The notes under the pieces: generated by a model
What the model was told of the DNA's origin: nothing
Seen by the model: the letters and a program-made list of their open reading frames with translations, nothing else
Database searches by the model: none
Shown here: positions 50,920-63,656 of the stretch, in pieces
Numbering within the stretch: position 1 is the first letter of the stretch
Layout: the number at the start of each line of letters is the position of its first letter
DNA from: Squalus acanthias
Taxonomy: Eukaryota
Direction: 5' to 3'
Assembly: GCA_030390025.1 (NCBI GenBank)
Contig: CM059438.1
Coordinates: 64,668,001 to 64,732,000, forward strand
DNA length: 64,000 nt
Position numbers and translations under genes: made by a program

Positions 50920-53019
50920 GACTTTTAGCAAGTGTTGTAGTTTGAAGCGTGTCAAAAATAATGACGGAGTTTTGTATTTGCCAGAGCACTCCCTGATACC
51001 AACTAACCTTGAAATAACTAAAGAAAACTCTTGCAGTTGCAGCAAGTAGCACACAGCCACTCAAACTTCAAAACCCTGTCAGGTGCGAGTGATTGGTGAT
51101 GATCCTTTTAAATATCATCACTGGAGCCGACTTCCTGCTGCTGCACACCAGCTCTAATTGTCATTGCTATCTCCAGACGGTAACTGCAATGACCAAAACG
51201 AAATTGGGAGATCGGGCGTCAAGTGAGCAGTTGCACATTCACTGACGTCATGATCTCCGTGCTTGCGATGTCCTTGGCGATCAAGTTTAGCGACAGCACT
51301 ACCGGCAGCATGGAAATGGCGTGCGCCACTGGAACTACCATCAGCTGCCGGTAGAGTGCCGAATGGCGTTTAGTGCCATCTCATGGTGCTAACGTGTGGC
51401 GCTAAACACATGAATTTCTCTCCCAAAGTTTCTGCAACCTATCCTCATAATTTAGCCCTTTAAGCCCCAGAATTATCTCATTCTGGTGAATTTATGCTGC
51501 ACCTCCTAAGGTGCCATCCTCAAACTGAACACAATACTCCTCATGGGGTCTGACCAAGGCTCTGTAGAAATGAAGCATAACTTTTGTATTCCAACCCCCT
51601 TGAGATAAAGGCCAACAATCCATGAGCTTTTCTGATTATTTTTGTACCTGTACACTAGCTTTTAGTAATTTTGTGTACATGGACACTCAACTCCCTTTGC
51701 TCCTCCACAGACCCTAGCCTCTCATCATTTTAAAAAAAGTTCTGTTTTTTTCTTTCTTGGATCCAAAATAGATGGCCTCATCTTCCCCACATCTGCCGGT
51801 TTTGCCCACTGACCTAATCTGTCTATGCCCCTTTATATCTTCCTGCTCCCATCTACACAACTTGCTGTGCATCCATCACCTCGATCTCCTCTTAACAATT
51901 ATTTCTCCTCAAGGATATGCTCACTCAACCCTTTGCAACATTCTTCATCTGGGAGATTGGATATTCGCTGCCACTTCAGGAAAACAAGTGTGACCTTCTT
52001 AGAAATTCAGGAAATGGAAGTGTTTGTGTAATAAGGGAGTGTCAGAATGCATTTATACACATTACACTGCTGTAGGGAATGCTAAATATGGTGCCAAGTT
52101 TTTAATGAGATTTTAGATGCTCAACAGTCAGTCTGAAGTAACAGGACTTAGACTGACTTTTTAGCTGGAAGCAACCTTTGAAGATTTCTTTACTTATATA
52201 GTGATAAACATGGGACACTCTAATCAGACAGCAGAGGCACTTGTTTCAGGCCAAGCTGAGACACGGACGTGAATCTTTGTTCATTTTTTCAAGGCAAAAT
52301 GAAAGATGGATTAGAGCATAGTAAAATAACAGAGCAGAAAAGGCCATTTGGTCCATCAACGCTCAGTCCTCCAGTTCACGGATGGCCCCCCGCCTGGCCA
52401 TCCACCGCTATATCTCCTCTCTCGGCCAGTGATGGAGTGGAAGTTTGCAACTTGGCTGTGCCTCCCCTCGGTTCTTCCAGCCACCCTTCTGTTGTCTATC
52501 AGCTTGTCCTGCAAGAAAAGTGGGAATGGGTGAGTGTGCGAAAGGTTTGCGAAGATGAGTGAGCCGCTGTGCTAACAGTACGCATGGCTGACACGAAGAA
52601 AGCTCAAGTGTGTGCAAGAGGGGAAAGTCGGTGAATGAAACGTAGTATTTACAGTGTGAAGTATCCAGGAATTTAATAGAAATGTAAGAATTAATCCAAG
52701 TCCAAACAAAATGAGAACAGTTTTTCTGCTGGTTTTGAGGGCAGTAGCAGATGTTGAGTGTGTGACTCTAAGCAGAAGGAGGTGCAATGATAGGTCCTAT
52801 TGCGATTGGAGGAGAGGCTTGTGCAGTGGGAAAGGGAAGGAGTAGCACTCCAGGGGCAGAAGTATGTTGTTACTGGGCTGTATTTAGAGGAAGAGAGATC
52901 TGGAGATGTCTTACCTTGGCAGCCCTGGTAAGATCATTATTTTTTTTGTGGCATTACTGTTACTGGCACTGACCTGCTGAGCTACCTCTCTCCATGCATT
53001 CTAACTTATTTGGCGTGGC

Positions 53020-53384
53020 GCCTATCTGTAATCTGAGGAAAACAAGCCCTCCTTCCTGGTTTTCATTTGCTCAATAAACACCTCAATGATCGTATCTGAA
53101 TATTGGGGTGATCCTGTGCCTGCCGTTCCCACACACCGCCGATTAATAACACCACCTCCCTTTAAGAGGTGCAGGCGGGCTTTAAGAAGCGGAAGGCTCA
53201 CCAGATTTCCCACCCTTCCAAACGGTGAGCTGCCGAAAAGAAGCGTGATTACCCCGGGCAGCTTGCCGCTCAACTGCAAATAAGGGACCGATTACAAAAA
53301 TCAATCAGGCCTCCCGATGTTGTCATCGGGGCAGGCAGAGCAAACCTCCCGCCCAATGTACACCACACATGAAAACCCACCCCA
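53020..53384 (-). mobile_element. Degraded Harbinger left-end fragment
   Basis: GGGGTGGGTTTTC terminus, CTTAAAGGGAGG box, and PQYSDTIIEVFIEQMKTRKEGLFS resembling Myb helix 1. Confidence 0.5.
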
Positions 53385-54397
53385 GTGAGTTTTGCAACAT
53401 ATAATTTTAGGAACAGGACAAGGTCGTTGGGGTCAACTGGTGATCGCTCTCAACCCCATCTTCTCACCACATTCTTCACTCCTTCCTCTTTCCAGAGATA
53501 CGTCCAGTCCCCTTTTTTTTATTATGCTGTCCACTTCAAGAATATATCCCCAGCAACATTGCGCAAACTGTCACCCTTTATGTACGTGGAGTTCCTCTTA
53601 ATTTCCTTTCTTACTCCGAATTCCCTACTTTTTATATCGGTGATCTTTGACTTAATTCCCCACGTATGTCAATAAACCTGATTTTTTTTTTCTCCCACAG
53701 CGACATCGCCCCTTTAATCTAGACAAACAGGAGAAGAAATGAGACATAAACCTCTCGGTGTGCCTGGAATCTTGAACGGGGATTAGGAGATTTCACCTGC
53801 GAGTGTTTATCCAGTTGTGTTCATGTCTTTCTCTAAAATGCTCTTGCATTACGGTTCATTCTTGTCTTGGCTTTCAGTTTCATCAGCTGCATTCACAATT
53901 GTGCTGGACAAGTATTCAAACATTCTCTTAATAAAAGTCTGCGGCGTGTAATGAGGATTGCAGAATTCAGTTCACATTCGCAGGTTTGCAGTGTCTAATA
54001 CCTCAGGGATACGTTTACAATCCAGACAATAATATCTTAGTGGAGTGAAAGAAGGTTTTGACAGTTTCACCATACACTACTCACTTCTAATATCTGTACA
54101 TTGCAGTCTGCAACAGGTGGCCTATTTGCATTCTAAGGGGGGGATTTTAACCCTACTCACTCAGCAGAAACCTGGCGGTTGGGCAGTTAAAATCGCCCTG
54201 GCTCTTACCTGTTCAAAAGCCGTCATGATCGCGATAGCTGCACTTTTAACCTGCTCTCCTGAGCAGGCAGTAAGGACAGGCACCCGGAGCCAACAGGGTC
54301 CTTCTTGACATATGCATGTTGCGGCCCAATGACATCATTGAGACCCGACTGTAATTTTAACTCAGGCCTGAGCGGGGAATCCACTTGGAGTTACAAG

Positions 54398-54523
54398 TGT
54401 CAGCTTGGCTCAGTTAGTGACCCTCTCATCTGAATTTGAAAGCCAGGGATTCTAGCCTTACTCCAGGACTTGAGTGCGTAATCTAGTGCAGTACTGAGGG
54501 AGTGCTGCATTGTCAGAGACATA
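54398..54523 (+). mobile_element. DeuSINE tRNA head, interrupted by a MITE
   Basis: tgtcagcttggctcagttagt...gtactgagggagtgctgcattgtcagag matches the reverse complement of ~45260-45400. Confidence 0.7.
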
Positions 54524-55033
54524 GGGGGAAAAACTGGGTTGCTTTGCGCCAGCCGGTAGCGCCCCGCGGCGCTGCGTCTCCGGCAATGACGCCATCGCCG
54601 CACGCGGCATCCCGCTCGTGCCCCGGCCGCAAATTTCAGTTGCACCCCCTGACCTATCACCAGACGATATGTCTGACAAGGTCAGGGTGGCGTTTTCGCA
54701 GCCGCTTCGGCGCAAGTTAAAGGGCAGAGGTAGGGCGGCCATTTTATTTTTGGCCACCTGCCAGCACCTGCCCCCTTCTATTTTTTATTTGGGGTGCCGG
54801 CTGCGATCGCTAGGCCCCTCCTCTTTAATCAGAGGAGGGAGGCCTGCAATACCGCGGTGCTACGTGCCGACGCGTGTGGCGCTGTTGCACGTAGCACCGT
54901 GATATTCACTGGTAGCGCCCCAGGAAGGAGGGGGAGCACTTCCAGTAGCGCCCCGCCTCCTGCTTGGGGTGCTACCACTGAATTTACGGCGCAGGGGCAC
55001 TAACTTTTTCGGGCGCCACCGAATTTTTTCCCC
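54524..55033. mobile_element. Harbinger-type MITE related to family B (510 bp, opposite orientation)
   Basis: TIRs GGGGGAAAAACT / AATTTTTTCCCC; TSD ATA. Shares gggaggcctgcaataccgcgg and other blocks with 25250-26022. Confidence 0.88.
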
Positions 55034-55471
55034 ATAGGCCTTTGTTTGAGACATTGAACCATCTACTGCCATTTGAGAAGGCTTTGAAATTGAACATCGT
55101 AGAAGGTAGCAAAAACGGTAGTATTGTCCAAAATGTTTCTAAATGGCTGCAAGTAAACAGAACCTGTTGTCGTTCAGAGTTTAATTGCTTTTTCACAAAG
55201 GAAGTTTTCAGATTAGAAGGTGTTAAATTTCTAACTCTGGTGAGGAAAAAAAGGCATCAGCGAATGACTGCCTTACTTTCCCTGTTTATACTTGTGACAA
55301 TCTGGAGGGTGAGAGATACTCTGAAACTATCTTTATATAATTAGGCGTATACATGAAATTTTCTTGTCGACTATTACTGGATGCTATAAGGCTAGTTGAT
55401 GATCATTTAATGCCCATTATTGGTAAAGAATTTGTGGTGCTCTGTGTAAACCTTACTGTAAGAATCATCTG

Positions 55472-55634
55472 AAATAAAAACAGAAAATGCTGGCAATATA
55501 ATGGCTGATGACCTTTCGCCAGACCTGAAACGTTAACTCTGTTTCTCACTCCACAGATGCTGCCTGACCTGCTGGATATTTCCAGCATTTTCTGTTTTTA
55601 TTTCAGATTACCATCATCCGCAGTATTTTGCTTT
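55472..55634. mobile_element. Penelope pseudo-LTR insertion with an inverted 5' segment
   Basis: Homologous to 27584-27680. 15-bp TSD tgtaagaatcatctg at 55457-55471 and 55635-55649. 27-bp inverted repeat. Confidence 0.8.
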
Positions 55635-56139
55635 TGTAAGAATCATCTGCTCTGTACAAACTGTACACGTGAATTATGTTGTGTACATTTTTAAATGTAT
55701 AAATTATGGGGGTGATTTTTCTCTTTTATGGTATTTTGGGGTCAGCAGCAAGTGTGATGGAGGACAGAGACATTTGTCTGTTTCGTACGATTGGTTAAAT
55801 ATGAATGAAATGATCACATCACCATCTATACAAATGTACAAGTGCGAAAGATGCCCAAGCCATAAGGCTTCAGGAAGTCTGGATTTTGCTTCATTGTTTT
55901 TTATTTCCACACTTCTCAATCATAGTCCATCTCAGTCAATGGGATTAAACCAAACGAGTCCAAGCAGTCACTATGCGGTATCAGTGCTCCATCTATTCCA
56001 TCTCCTTAAACCTTTGTTTTATATTCCCTGCTCTAGCTTTCACCTTGTTCCTTTATCAATGTTTAATCTTGGTAAAGAGATTACTCAAGCTTTAACCCAC
56101 TTTTTCCTCGGGTCTATTTATTTATTCATTTTAAAGATA

Positions 56140-56585
56140 AAACGACTTGCATTTATGTAGCACCTTTCACAACCTCAGGACATCCCAACGCGCTTTACAG
56201 CCAATGAAGTAATTTGGAAGTGCAGACACTGTTGTAATGTAGGAAACACAGTAGCCAATTTCCACACAGCAAGGTCCCACAAACAGCATTGTAATAATGA
56301 CCAGATTATCTGTTTTTACTGATGTTGGTTGAGGGATAAATATTGGCCAGGACACTGGGAAGAACTCCCCTGGTCTTCTAAGTCCCATGGAATCTTTTAT
56401 GTCCACTTGAGAGGGAAGACGGTCGGTTTAACCTCTCATCTGAAAAGCAACACCTCCGACAGTGCAGCACTCCCTCGCTACTGCACTGGAGTGTCAACCT
56501 AGATTATGTGCTCAAGTCCCTGGAGTGGGACGAGAACCCACAACCTTCTGACTCAGAGGTGAGTGTGACTGTGCTACGGCTGACA
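56140..56585 (-). mobile_element. Full-length DeuSINE (SacSINE1-like)
   Basis: Colinear with 44931-45400. Confidence 0.8.
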
Positions 56586-56679
56586 CTAAGATAATTGGGT
56601 CCAGCATTGATCTGAATAGCAGTTTATAATCTGTACAGCAACATCTTTGAGATGCACTTAAAGCTCATGAGCAGGGATA

Positions 56680-58237
56680 TCTGTACACTGGGACTGAAAA
56701 CCGACAAAACCCCTGGACCTAATGGCCTACATCCTCGGATTCTAAAAGAGGTGGCTGCAGAAATTGTGGATACATTGATTGCGATCTTCAAAATTCCCTA
56801 TATTCTGGAACGGTTGGATTGTAAGGTTGCAAATGTAACACCGCTATTCAAGAAAGGAGGGTGAGAGAAAATAGGGAACAAAGGCCAGTTAGCCTGACAT
56901 CAGTCGTCAGGAAAATGCTGGAATCCATTATTAAGGAAGTGGTAACAGGGCACTTAGAAAATCATAATAGGGTTAGGCAGAGTCAACATGGTTTTATGAA
57001 AGGGAAATCGTGTTTGACAAATGTATTAGTTTTTTGTGGATGTAACTGACAGGGTAGATAAAAGGAAACCAGTGGATGTAGTATATTTGGATTTCCAAAT
57101 GGCATTCGATAAGGTGCCACACGAAAGGTTGTTACACAAGATAAGGGCTTATGGGGCTGGGGGAATATATTACCATGGATAGAGAATTGGTTAAAGGAAA
57201 GAAAACAAAGAGTAGGAATAAACAAATCATTTTCAGGTTGGCTGGCTGATACTGGTGGAGTTCCACAAGGATCAGTGCTGTGGCCTCAGCTATTTACAAT
57301 CTATATTAATGACTTAGATGAAGGGACCGAGTGTAATGTATCCAAGTTTGCTGACGATACAAAGCTAGGTGGGAAAGTAAGCTGTGAGGAGGACACAAAG
57401 AGACAGGTTAAGTGAGTGAACAAGAAGGTGGCAGATGAAGTATAATGTGGGGAAATCTGAGGTTATTCACTTTGGCAGGAAGAATAGAAAAAAATAATAT
57501 TTTTATATGGTGAGAAACTGTCAAATTTTGGTGCTCAGAGGGATTTGGGTGTCCTTATACACGAAACAAAGAAACAGAGCAGGTACAGCAAGCAATTAGG
57601 AAGGCAAATGGTATGTTGGCTTTTATTGAAAGGGGGTTGGAGTACAAGAGTAAGGGAGTCTTGCTGCAATTGTTCAGGGCTATGGTGAGATCCCACCTGG
57701 AGTACTATATACAGTTTTGGTCTCCATACCTAAGGAAGGATATACTTGCCTTACAGGCAGTGTAACAAAGGTTCACTAGATTGATTCCTGGGATGAGAGG
57801 GTTGTCCTATGAGGAGAGATTGAATAGAATGGGGCTATACTCGCTGGAGTTTAGAAGAATGAGAGGTGATCTCATTGAAACATATAAGATTATGAGAGGG
57901 TAGATGCTGAGATGTTGTTTCTCCTGGCTGGAGAGTCTAGAACTAGTGGGCATAGTCTCAGGAGAAGGGGTTGGCCATTTAGGACTGAGATGAGGAGAAA
58001 TTTCTTCACTCAGAGGGTTGTGAATCTTTGGAAATGTCTACCCCAGAGGGCTGTAGATGCTCAGTTGTTGAGTACATTCAAGACTGAGATCAATAGATTT
58101 TTGGACTCTAATGGACTCAAGGGATATGGGGATCAGGCGGGAAAGTGGAGCTGAGGTCGAAGATCAGCCATGATCTTATTGAATGGTGGAGCAGGCTCGA
58201 GGGGCCGTATGGCCAACTCCTGCTCCTATTTCTTATG
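56680..58237 (+). mobile_element. 5'-truncated CR1 LINE (RT region, decayed)
   Basis: KTPGPNGLHPRILKE, RPVSLTS, QHGFMKGKSCLTN, KFADD and a CR1 3' UTR. Confidence 0.92.
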
Positions 58238-59279
58238 TACTGCAGCACAGGATAAAAATTCTCTTTGGAGAATAATCCCAAACTTTTCTGCTGCAAGTGA
58301 ACCTTCGAAAAAATTGTCTTCACTGCACTTCCTTTCTGTGAAGTTGTTCTTGTTCTCCTCAATTTCAGCGTCATGACTTGAAGTAGTCGAACTCACTGGA
58401 ACGTTTAGGTTGAATCTGATGATAGTTTGTTCAGAATTGAAAAGCACACTATTAAGAATGAAAATCTTTACAAATATTTCCAATATCTAAACATTTCCAG
58501 TTTCAAAACTAACGATCAGGAGAGATTTCAAATTGTTCAAGAGGGCCAAGTGTTTTTGATTGGCTCTCTGTTGATTATTTTGATCTTCTCAAGTCTTTCA
58601 GCTCGCTTGGCAAAGGTGCTGCTGCAGGCACAAGCAAGATTAAAATTCAATTAGTTAACACAACATTATTGCTGGGCCAGTTTGTGTGAGGCTGCAATGA
58701 TATCTTTAGTTTCTTACACTGGGCCATTTTCAAAGTGGTTCATCCCTTGCGTCCAGTGTCTTACTGAAAAGCCTTGCACTGATTTCTGGACTGTGGACAA
58801 CTGGAAAAGATCAGAGATTGATTATGCCGCGCATGTAACTTGGCAAATGTCTCGGGCTGGTTATGATTTTATATGTGGTGGCAGCTGTTGCCTGTATATA
58901 CTTCACATATGAATATTTCTTCATGAATTCTGAAGCCTACGCTTTTCTGTCCCGAGCTTCAGTGAGGCAATAAATATGCTTCTTTTCATGTATGTTGGCC
59001 TACTGCGGGCCCCTGATGGGCATTTTGTGGGGGATTTTGTGATCATTTTCACTGGGGCAGAAACTGCTGAGCGGCCATTTTATGGAATTGTTTCTTTTAG
59101 GAATGTTGTCATCAGTTCAGAAAGTGCCTTAACTTGAAGGTGTGTTTACGGGGCTGGGGCACGTCAATTAGTGAGGGGTTTTCGACTCAAGAGCATGGGT
59201 GTTCTCGCCAGTGGTGGGTGTATCACAGTGGAGCAGCAATGGGCAGCCTGCGAGGGCAGAGGGTGTAGGAAACACATGA

Positions 59280-59525
59280 TTGACTGACACTACCCCAAAC
59301 ATGAATGCCCTGAAACAGCTTCTGTTACCTCAGGATGGCAGAGGAGCAGTATATGTGTCACTGGCTTACCAATAAGGGCATGACCTGATCCTTAAAGACC
59401 AGGCACAGTTCACCAACTCCAAAGCACTACAAGTAGCAGTCAAGGTCATCATTTTCCTCAACTTTAATGCGACACAATCCTTCCAGATGACATTAGGGGA
59501 TTTGTCCACAATCAGCCACTTTGCT
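59280..59525 (+). pseudogene. Ancient Harbinger transposase N-terminal fragment
   Basis: Translates ALQVAVKVIIFLNFNATQSFQMTLGDLSTISHFA, homologous to ALPVAVKVIVALNFFTSESFQTAAGD at ~50.6 kb. Confidence 0.65.
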
Positions 59526-59633
59526 TGGCCTTTGGACAACTACTCAATGAGAGAATCACAGATAGCTCAATATAGTAACAGTGAGTTAACTTTATGAAGT
59601 TGTGCAGTGCTTACAGTGTACATCTTTTAACGG

Positions 59634-59907
59634 CAACAACAACTTATATTTATATAGCGCCTTTAACATAGTAGAACATCCCATGGTGCTTCACAGGAGC
59701 GTAATCAAACAAAATTTGACAGCGAGCCACATAAGGAGATATTAGGGCAGATGATCAAAAGCTTGTCAAAGTTGTAGGTTTTAAGGAGCGTCTTAAAGGA
59801 GGAGACAGAGTTGAGAGGAGGAGAGGTTCAGGGAGGGGATTCCAGAGCTTAGGGCCTTGGCAGCTGAAGGCACGGCCAACAATGGTTGACCGATTAAAAT
59901 CGGGGAT
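59634..59907 (-). mobile_element. L2 LINE 3' fragment
   Basis: STIVGRAFSCQGPKLWNPLP plus a (TTG)n tail. Confidence 0.85.
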
Positions 59908-60397
59908 AAACGTGCTTTGCTCCAGTGATTGTCTCATGTGTATGGTGAACTTCTCTGTGTTTAATGTGCTCGACCGCTAAATGCTGCCCTCGTTGAAGAC
60001 ATAACATTGGTCGGAGACTGCATTGCTAAATGGTGAGTTTCCGGGAACGCAGAAGGCCCTCTATCTGCATTAGTGACTAAGCCTATGTGACTAAAGATCT
60101 CCTTTGCTGTTGTCTCTTTGGGCCCATTAGTTTGTGATGGCTCGGACTGTCCCTTGTTATTCTACACATACTGCTAAGCATTTCTCCTAATGATCTGTAT
60201 GGGGGTGTTTATGGGATCTTGGCATCCGTTCCTTGTGGTTGCCTCTAGAGTAAGTTAAAGCCAGATGGGTCTGCATCTTGGATTATGCACCCAAATGTAT
60301 CACTAGCAGTAATGATAATCTTCTGCAGAAATGCTCTTTCTGTTTTTACAGCTTAGGAAACTGAGTGCCCCATGGCAAATATCACATGGATTTGTCA

Positions 60398-60622
60398 TGT
60401 GAATCTTTGGAATTCTCTGCCCCAGAGAGCTGTGAATGCTGAGTCTTTGAGTATATTCAAGGCTGAGATAGATAGATTTTTGGACTCTAGGGGAATCAAG
60501 GGATATGGAGATCGGGCACGAAAGTGGAGTTGAGGTCGATGATCAGCCATGATCTTATTGAATGGCAGAGCAGGCTCGAGGGGCCGTATGACCTACTCCT
60601 GCTCTTAATTCTTATGTTCTTA
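60398..60622 (+). mobile_element. CR1 3' fragment
   Basis: VNLWNSLPQRAV plus a TTCTTATG tail. Confidence 0.85.
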
Positions 60623-60859
60623 TAATGGGAGCCTGCAGTGCAGATAATTACTGGGTCAACCCAACCAAAGTATCTTCCAGTGCAGTACATTTAGGGACAA
60701 GTGGCTGTTCGATACGTTTCCTGTTTCCATCCAGGTTACATTGGAAAACAAGCCCAGCAGGACGTGCAAGGTCTGGCCAGAAAATTGGGCTTGATCTTAA
60801 ATTACGTTGAGCCGCTGTCTACTAATATTGTTATAATATCCGTGACTAACCTTGCCCGC

Positions 60860-61110
60860 CGTTGAATAGCAAAGCGAAGAGGAAAAGAGCTGCAGAGGGC
60901 GAGAGAACGGATGCTGAAGGAGAGTTCGCCGATGTCAGAGCAGACGAAGCAGTTAAGGGAAAGTAGGCCGGAGGGGGCAGGCGTGGACATCGGGCTGAAG
61001 GAGTTTGTGAAAAGCAGGGAGGCGCAAATCAATGGAGGGATATGAGTGTGAGAATCTTGGTCAATTCTCTGGAACACAGGATGCCAGTGGAGTTTGGTGA
61101 GGGTAATGTG
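60860..61110 (-). mobile_element. Very old L2 fragment
   Basis: HITLTKLHWHPVFQRID...SDIGELSFS resembles the L2 C-terminus. Confidence 0.5.
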
Positions 61111-61699
61111 CCTACGGGCCTCATTGCAGGTGCGGTGAAATTCTGAAGGCCAGCTGCTGCCCCTACAACTATAAGTCAGCATTTGCAAATTTACCTTTCA
61201 AAATCCTTCTGCGGTCATACTGAGCCTTATTCCCAATTATATTCTAATTAACCACAAACATTTTACTGTCCCTGATTAGTTGCTCTTTATTTTATGTTCC
61301 AGTTTTCGTATTCCTTCTCTTACTGCCCATTAACTAGTGGATGAATGAATCCAGTATTCAGCGTAAAAGCTATATAAAATTTAACAACATTGTTGCAATT
61401 TTATTTGAATTAAATTTTGCAGACGTGACTTTGCTGATTAAGCCCTACTTAATTGCATACCGTTTAATTGTATAATTTGCTTAAGCATATCCCAATCTGA
61501 GCCCTCATTTGTTCTCTAATTATTTCTTATGTACACATTACGCACTAAATTGAACGCGTTTACATACAAACTGCTTTTTAGTGGAGAGGTTTGTTTTTCT
61601 GATTTGATTCCCATCTGCTGCTCTGCATGTAGCATCATAGTTTGGTCTTGTACTCCTAAAGCATCAGTAATGGTCCTTACAAATATACAGACATCACTA

Positions 61700-62095
61700 G
61701 AAGCCGGGATTGTTCTCCTTAGAGCAGAGAAAGTTAAGGGGAGATTTAACAGAGGCGTTCAAAATCATGATAGAATAAATAAGGAGAAACTGTTTCCACT
61801 GGCAGGAGGGTCAGTAACCAGAGGACACAGGTTTAAGTTAATTGGCAAAAGTACCAGAGGGATGAGGATTTTTTTGTTTTACGCAGCGAGTTGTTATGAT
61901 CTGAAATGCAGTTCCTGAGAGGGCGGTGGAAGCAGATTCGATAGTAGCTTTCAAAAGGGAATTGGATATATACTTGAAAAGGAAAAGTTTGCAGGGCTAC
62001 GGGGAAAAGCAGAGTGAGCGGGACGAATTGGGTCGCTCTTTCAAAAAGCTGGCACAGGCAAGAGGGCCTCCTTCGGTGCTGTAAATTCTATGCTT
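61700..62095 (+). mobile_element. CR1 3' fragment
   Basis: DRINKEKLFPLAGGSVTRGHRFK and a CR1 3' UTR. Confidence 0.8.
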
Positions 62096-62111
62096 GGCAT
62101 CGGTGAGCCAC

Positions 62112-62765
62112 TGGCCCCGATCTTGGCAGGGGTAGGTTGCGTAGGCGGATGGGGAGGTTGGGGGTGGGGGTGGGGGGGGCAGAGGGGGCAGCGGGATTTC
62201 TGTCGGGTGAAGTTCGGGTTTCCCCACATGCTGTGGAGTTTGGACTAGTATTTTTCTTCTGTAAGTTCCCTGCCCGGAAGTCAGCCTGATTGACAGGCTT
62301 GGCTTCCAGTCGGGCGGGGAGCACTCTGGAGCAGGCCTCAGGAGCAGGTAGAGAGCCTGCAGCAGCCACTGACAGCATGGGGCAGGATGGGGGGGGGGAG
62401 GGGGGGGGTCTGATCTTCGATTCCAGCGGGGGTCTTTGTATGGGGGGGGTCTAATGTGGGGGTGGGAGCTTGGGGGGATGGGCGGAAGCACTCCTTTTCC
62501 TCCTGGCCCACAAGCAGTGCTGTAAAGGCACTTACCTTCTCCCCAAAGCTGTTCACACCTCCCTTCAGCTGCCGGGTTTCCCGAGGCCTGGGAAACCTGG
62601 CCGGCCACTGTTAAATCTGCAAATCTGTTAAATCAGAGGCTACCAGCCTCATTAAAATAGTTAATTGGCCAACTCGCCTCCTTAGAGCAGGTTGGCTGCC
62701 CGCCCCATGTCCCACCTCCGTTAAACCCGGAAGTGAGTGGACTCGGGTCAGGTTTGAGATTTTTA
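62112..62765. mobile_element. Harbinger-type non-autonomous element, family C (right terminus missing)
   Basis: 62480-62760 is homologous to ~37320-37600 (gcccacaagcagtgctgtaa, gaggcctgggaaacc). Confidence 0.7.
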
Positions 62766-63656
62766 GGTGTAAAAATTCAGTTGGTTGCGCCTCCCGTTAG
62801 CGCCTTAAGAGGGCGCTAATGGGGCGCAAAGCCGCTAACGCCCGGGCGCAGCGATGTTTGCGCCGCTCGGGAACTTAACTTGACATTGTGCGGCGGCGCT
62901 AAAACTTACCGCTGCGACCACCTACGCGCGCAGATTGTGACGTCATTCCATGGTGCAACACCCTTGTGGCGCCCCGGAGCGGAAATTGAGTGGCGCCCCC
63001 TGCCTTACCGCCTGGCGCTTCCAACGACCAGAAGACTGGAACGCTATCAATCGCTGTGGGGCTGGGGGGGCGCTATTTAAAGGGGGCCTCTTCCTGTCTT
63101 TTATTGTTGGTGGCATTTTTGAACTACGCATTCTGAGAGAGAGAGGGAGAGACTTCTGGAGAGATTCAACGTTGTGTGAAGGAGTTTTGGGTACTGAGCA
63201 GCACTTTGCAGGTTCATTTTGATTTGCCATTCCTTGTATCGATTTAGCAGAGACTGTGGGAGCTGCACTCTGAGCTCTTTGCCTGGTACTCTCCATTGTT
63301 CTTTCCAGCACATTTGATGTGCAAGTCTCTCCAGGCCGAGATTCAAGGCTGCAATGAACAGGATGTGGATGGAAAGCAAGATTAACCATCCCCTTTAAGA
63401 ACTGGCCCGTGCCATTGTGTGTGTGTTCCATTGCTGACTGACATTACATGAGCTTCGCCAGCGCTCTGAGTTAGCGCCTCACTGCTCGGCCTTTGCGCCT
63501 TAAGACAGGTGTGCAGCGCCTGCTTTAGCGCTCCACTCACCTCCCGGGGCGGTAAAAGTGAAGTTTCCAGTCAGTGCCGATAATTAGCGCCAGGCGCTAA
63601 TATTTGCGTCCAGACGATATTTGCGCCCAAATGGGGCGCGACCTAATTTCTACCCC
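62766..63656 (-). mobile_element. Harbinger-type MITE family A, copy 3
   Basis: Almost identical to 40135-41025. Flanks tta/tgc do not form a TSD. Confidence 0.93.

Larger units (their letters stand above)
47053..51424. mobile_element. Essentially full-length, decayed autonomous PIF/Harbinger transposon with two convergent genes
   Basis: Imperfect 14-bp TIRs TGGCTAGAAATTCA / TGAATTTCTCTCCC; aga/aaa flanks; both Myb gene and transposase present. Confidence 0.9.
46955..51800 (-). mobile_element. Old CR1 fragment split by Harbinger 47053-51424
   Basis: ggaatacaagc | aaagtttctgcaacctatcctcata rejoin into CR1 RT C-terminal antisense sequence. Confidence 0.65.
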
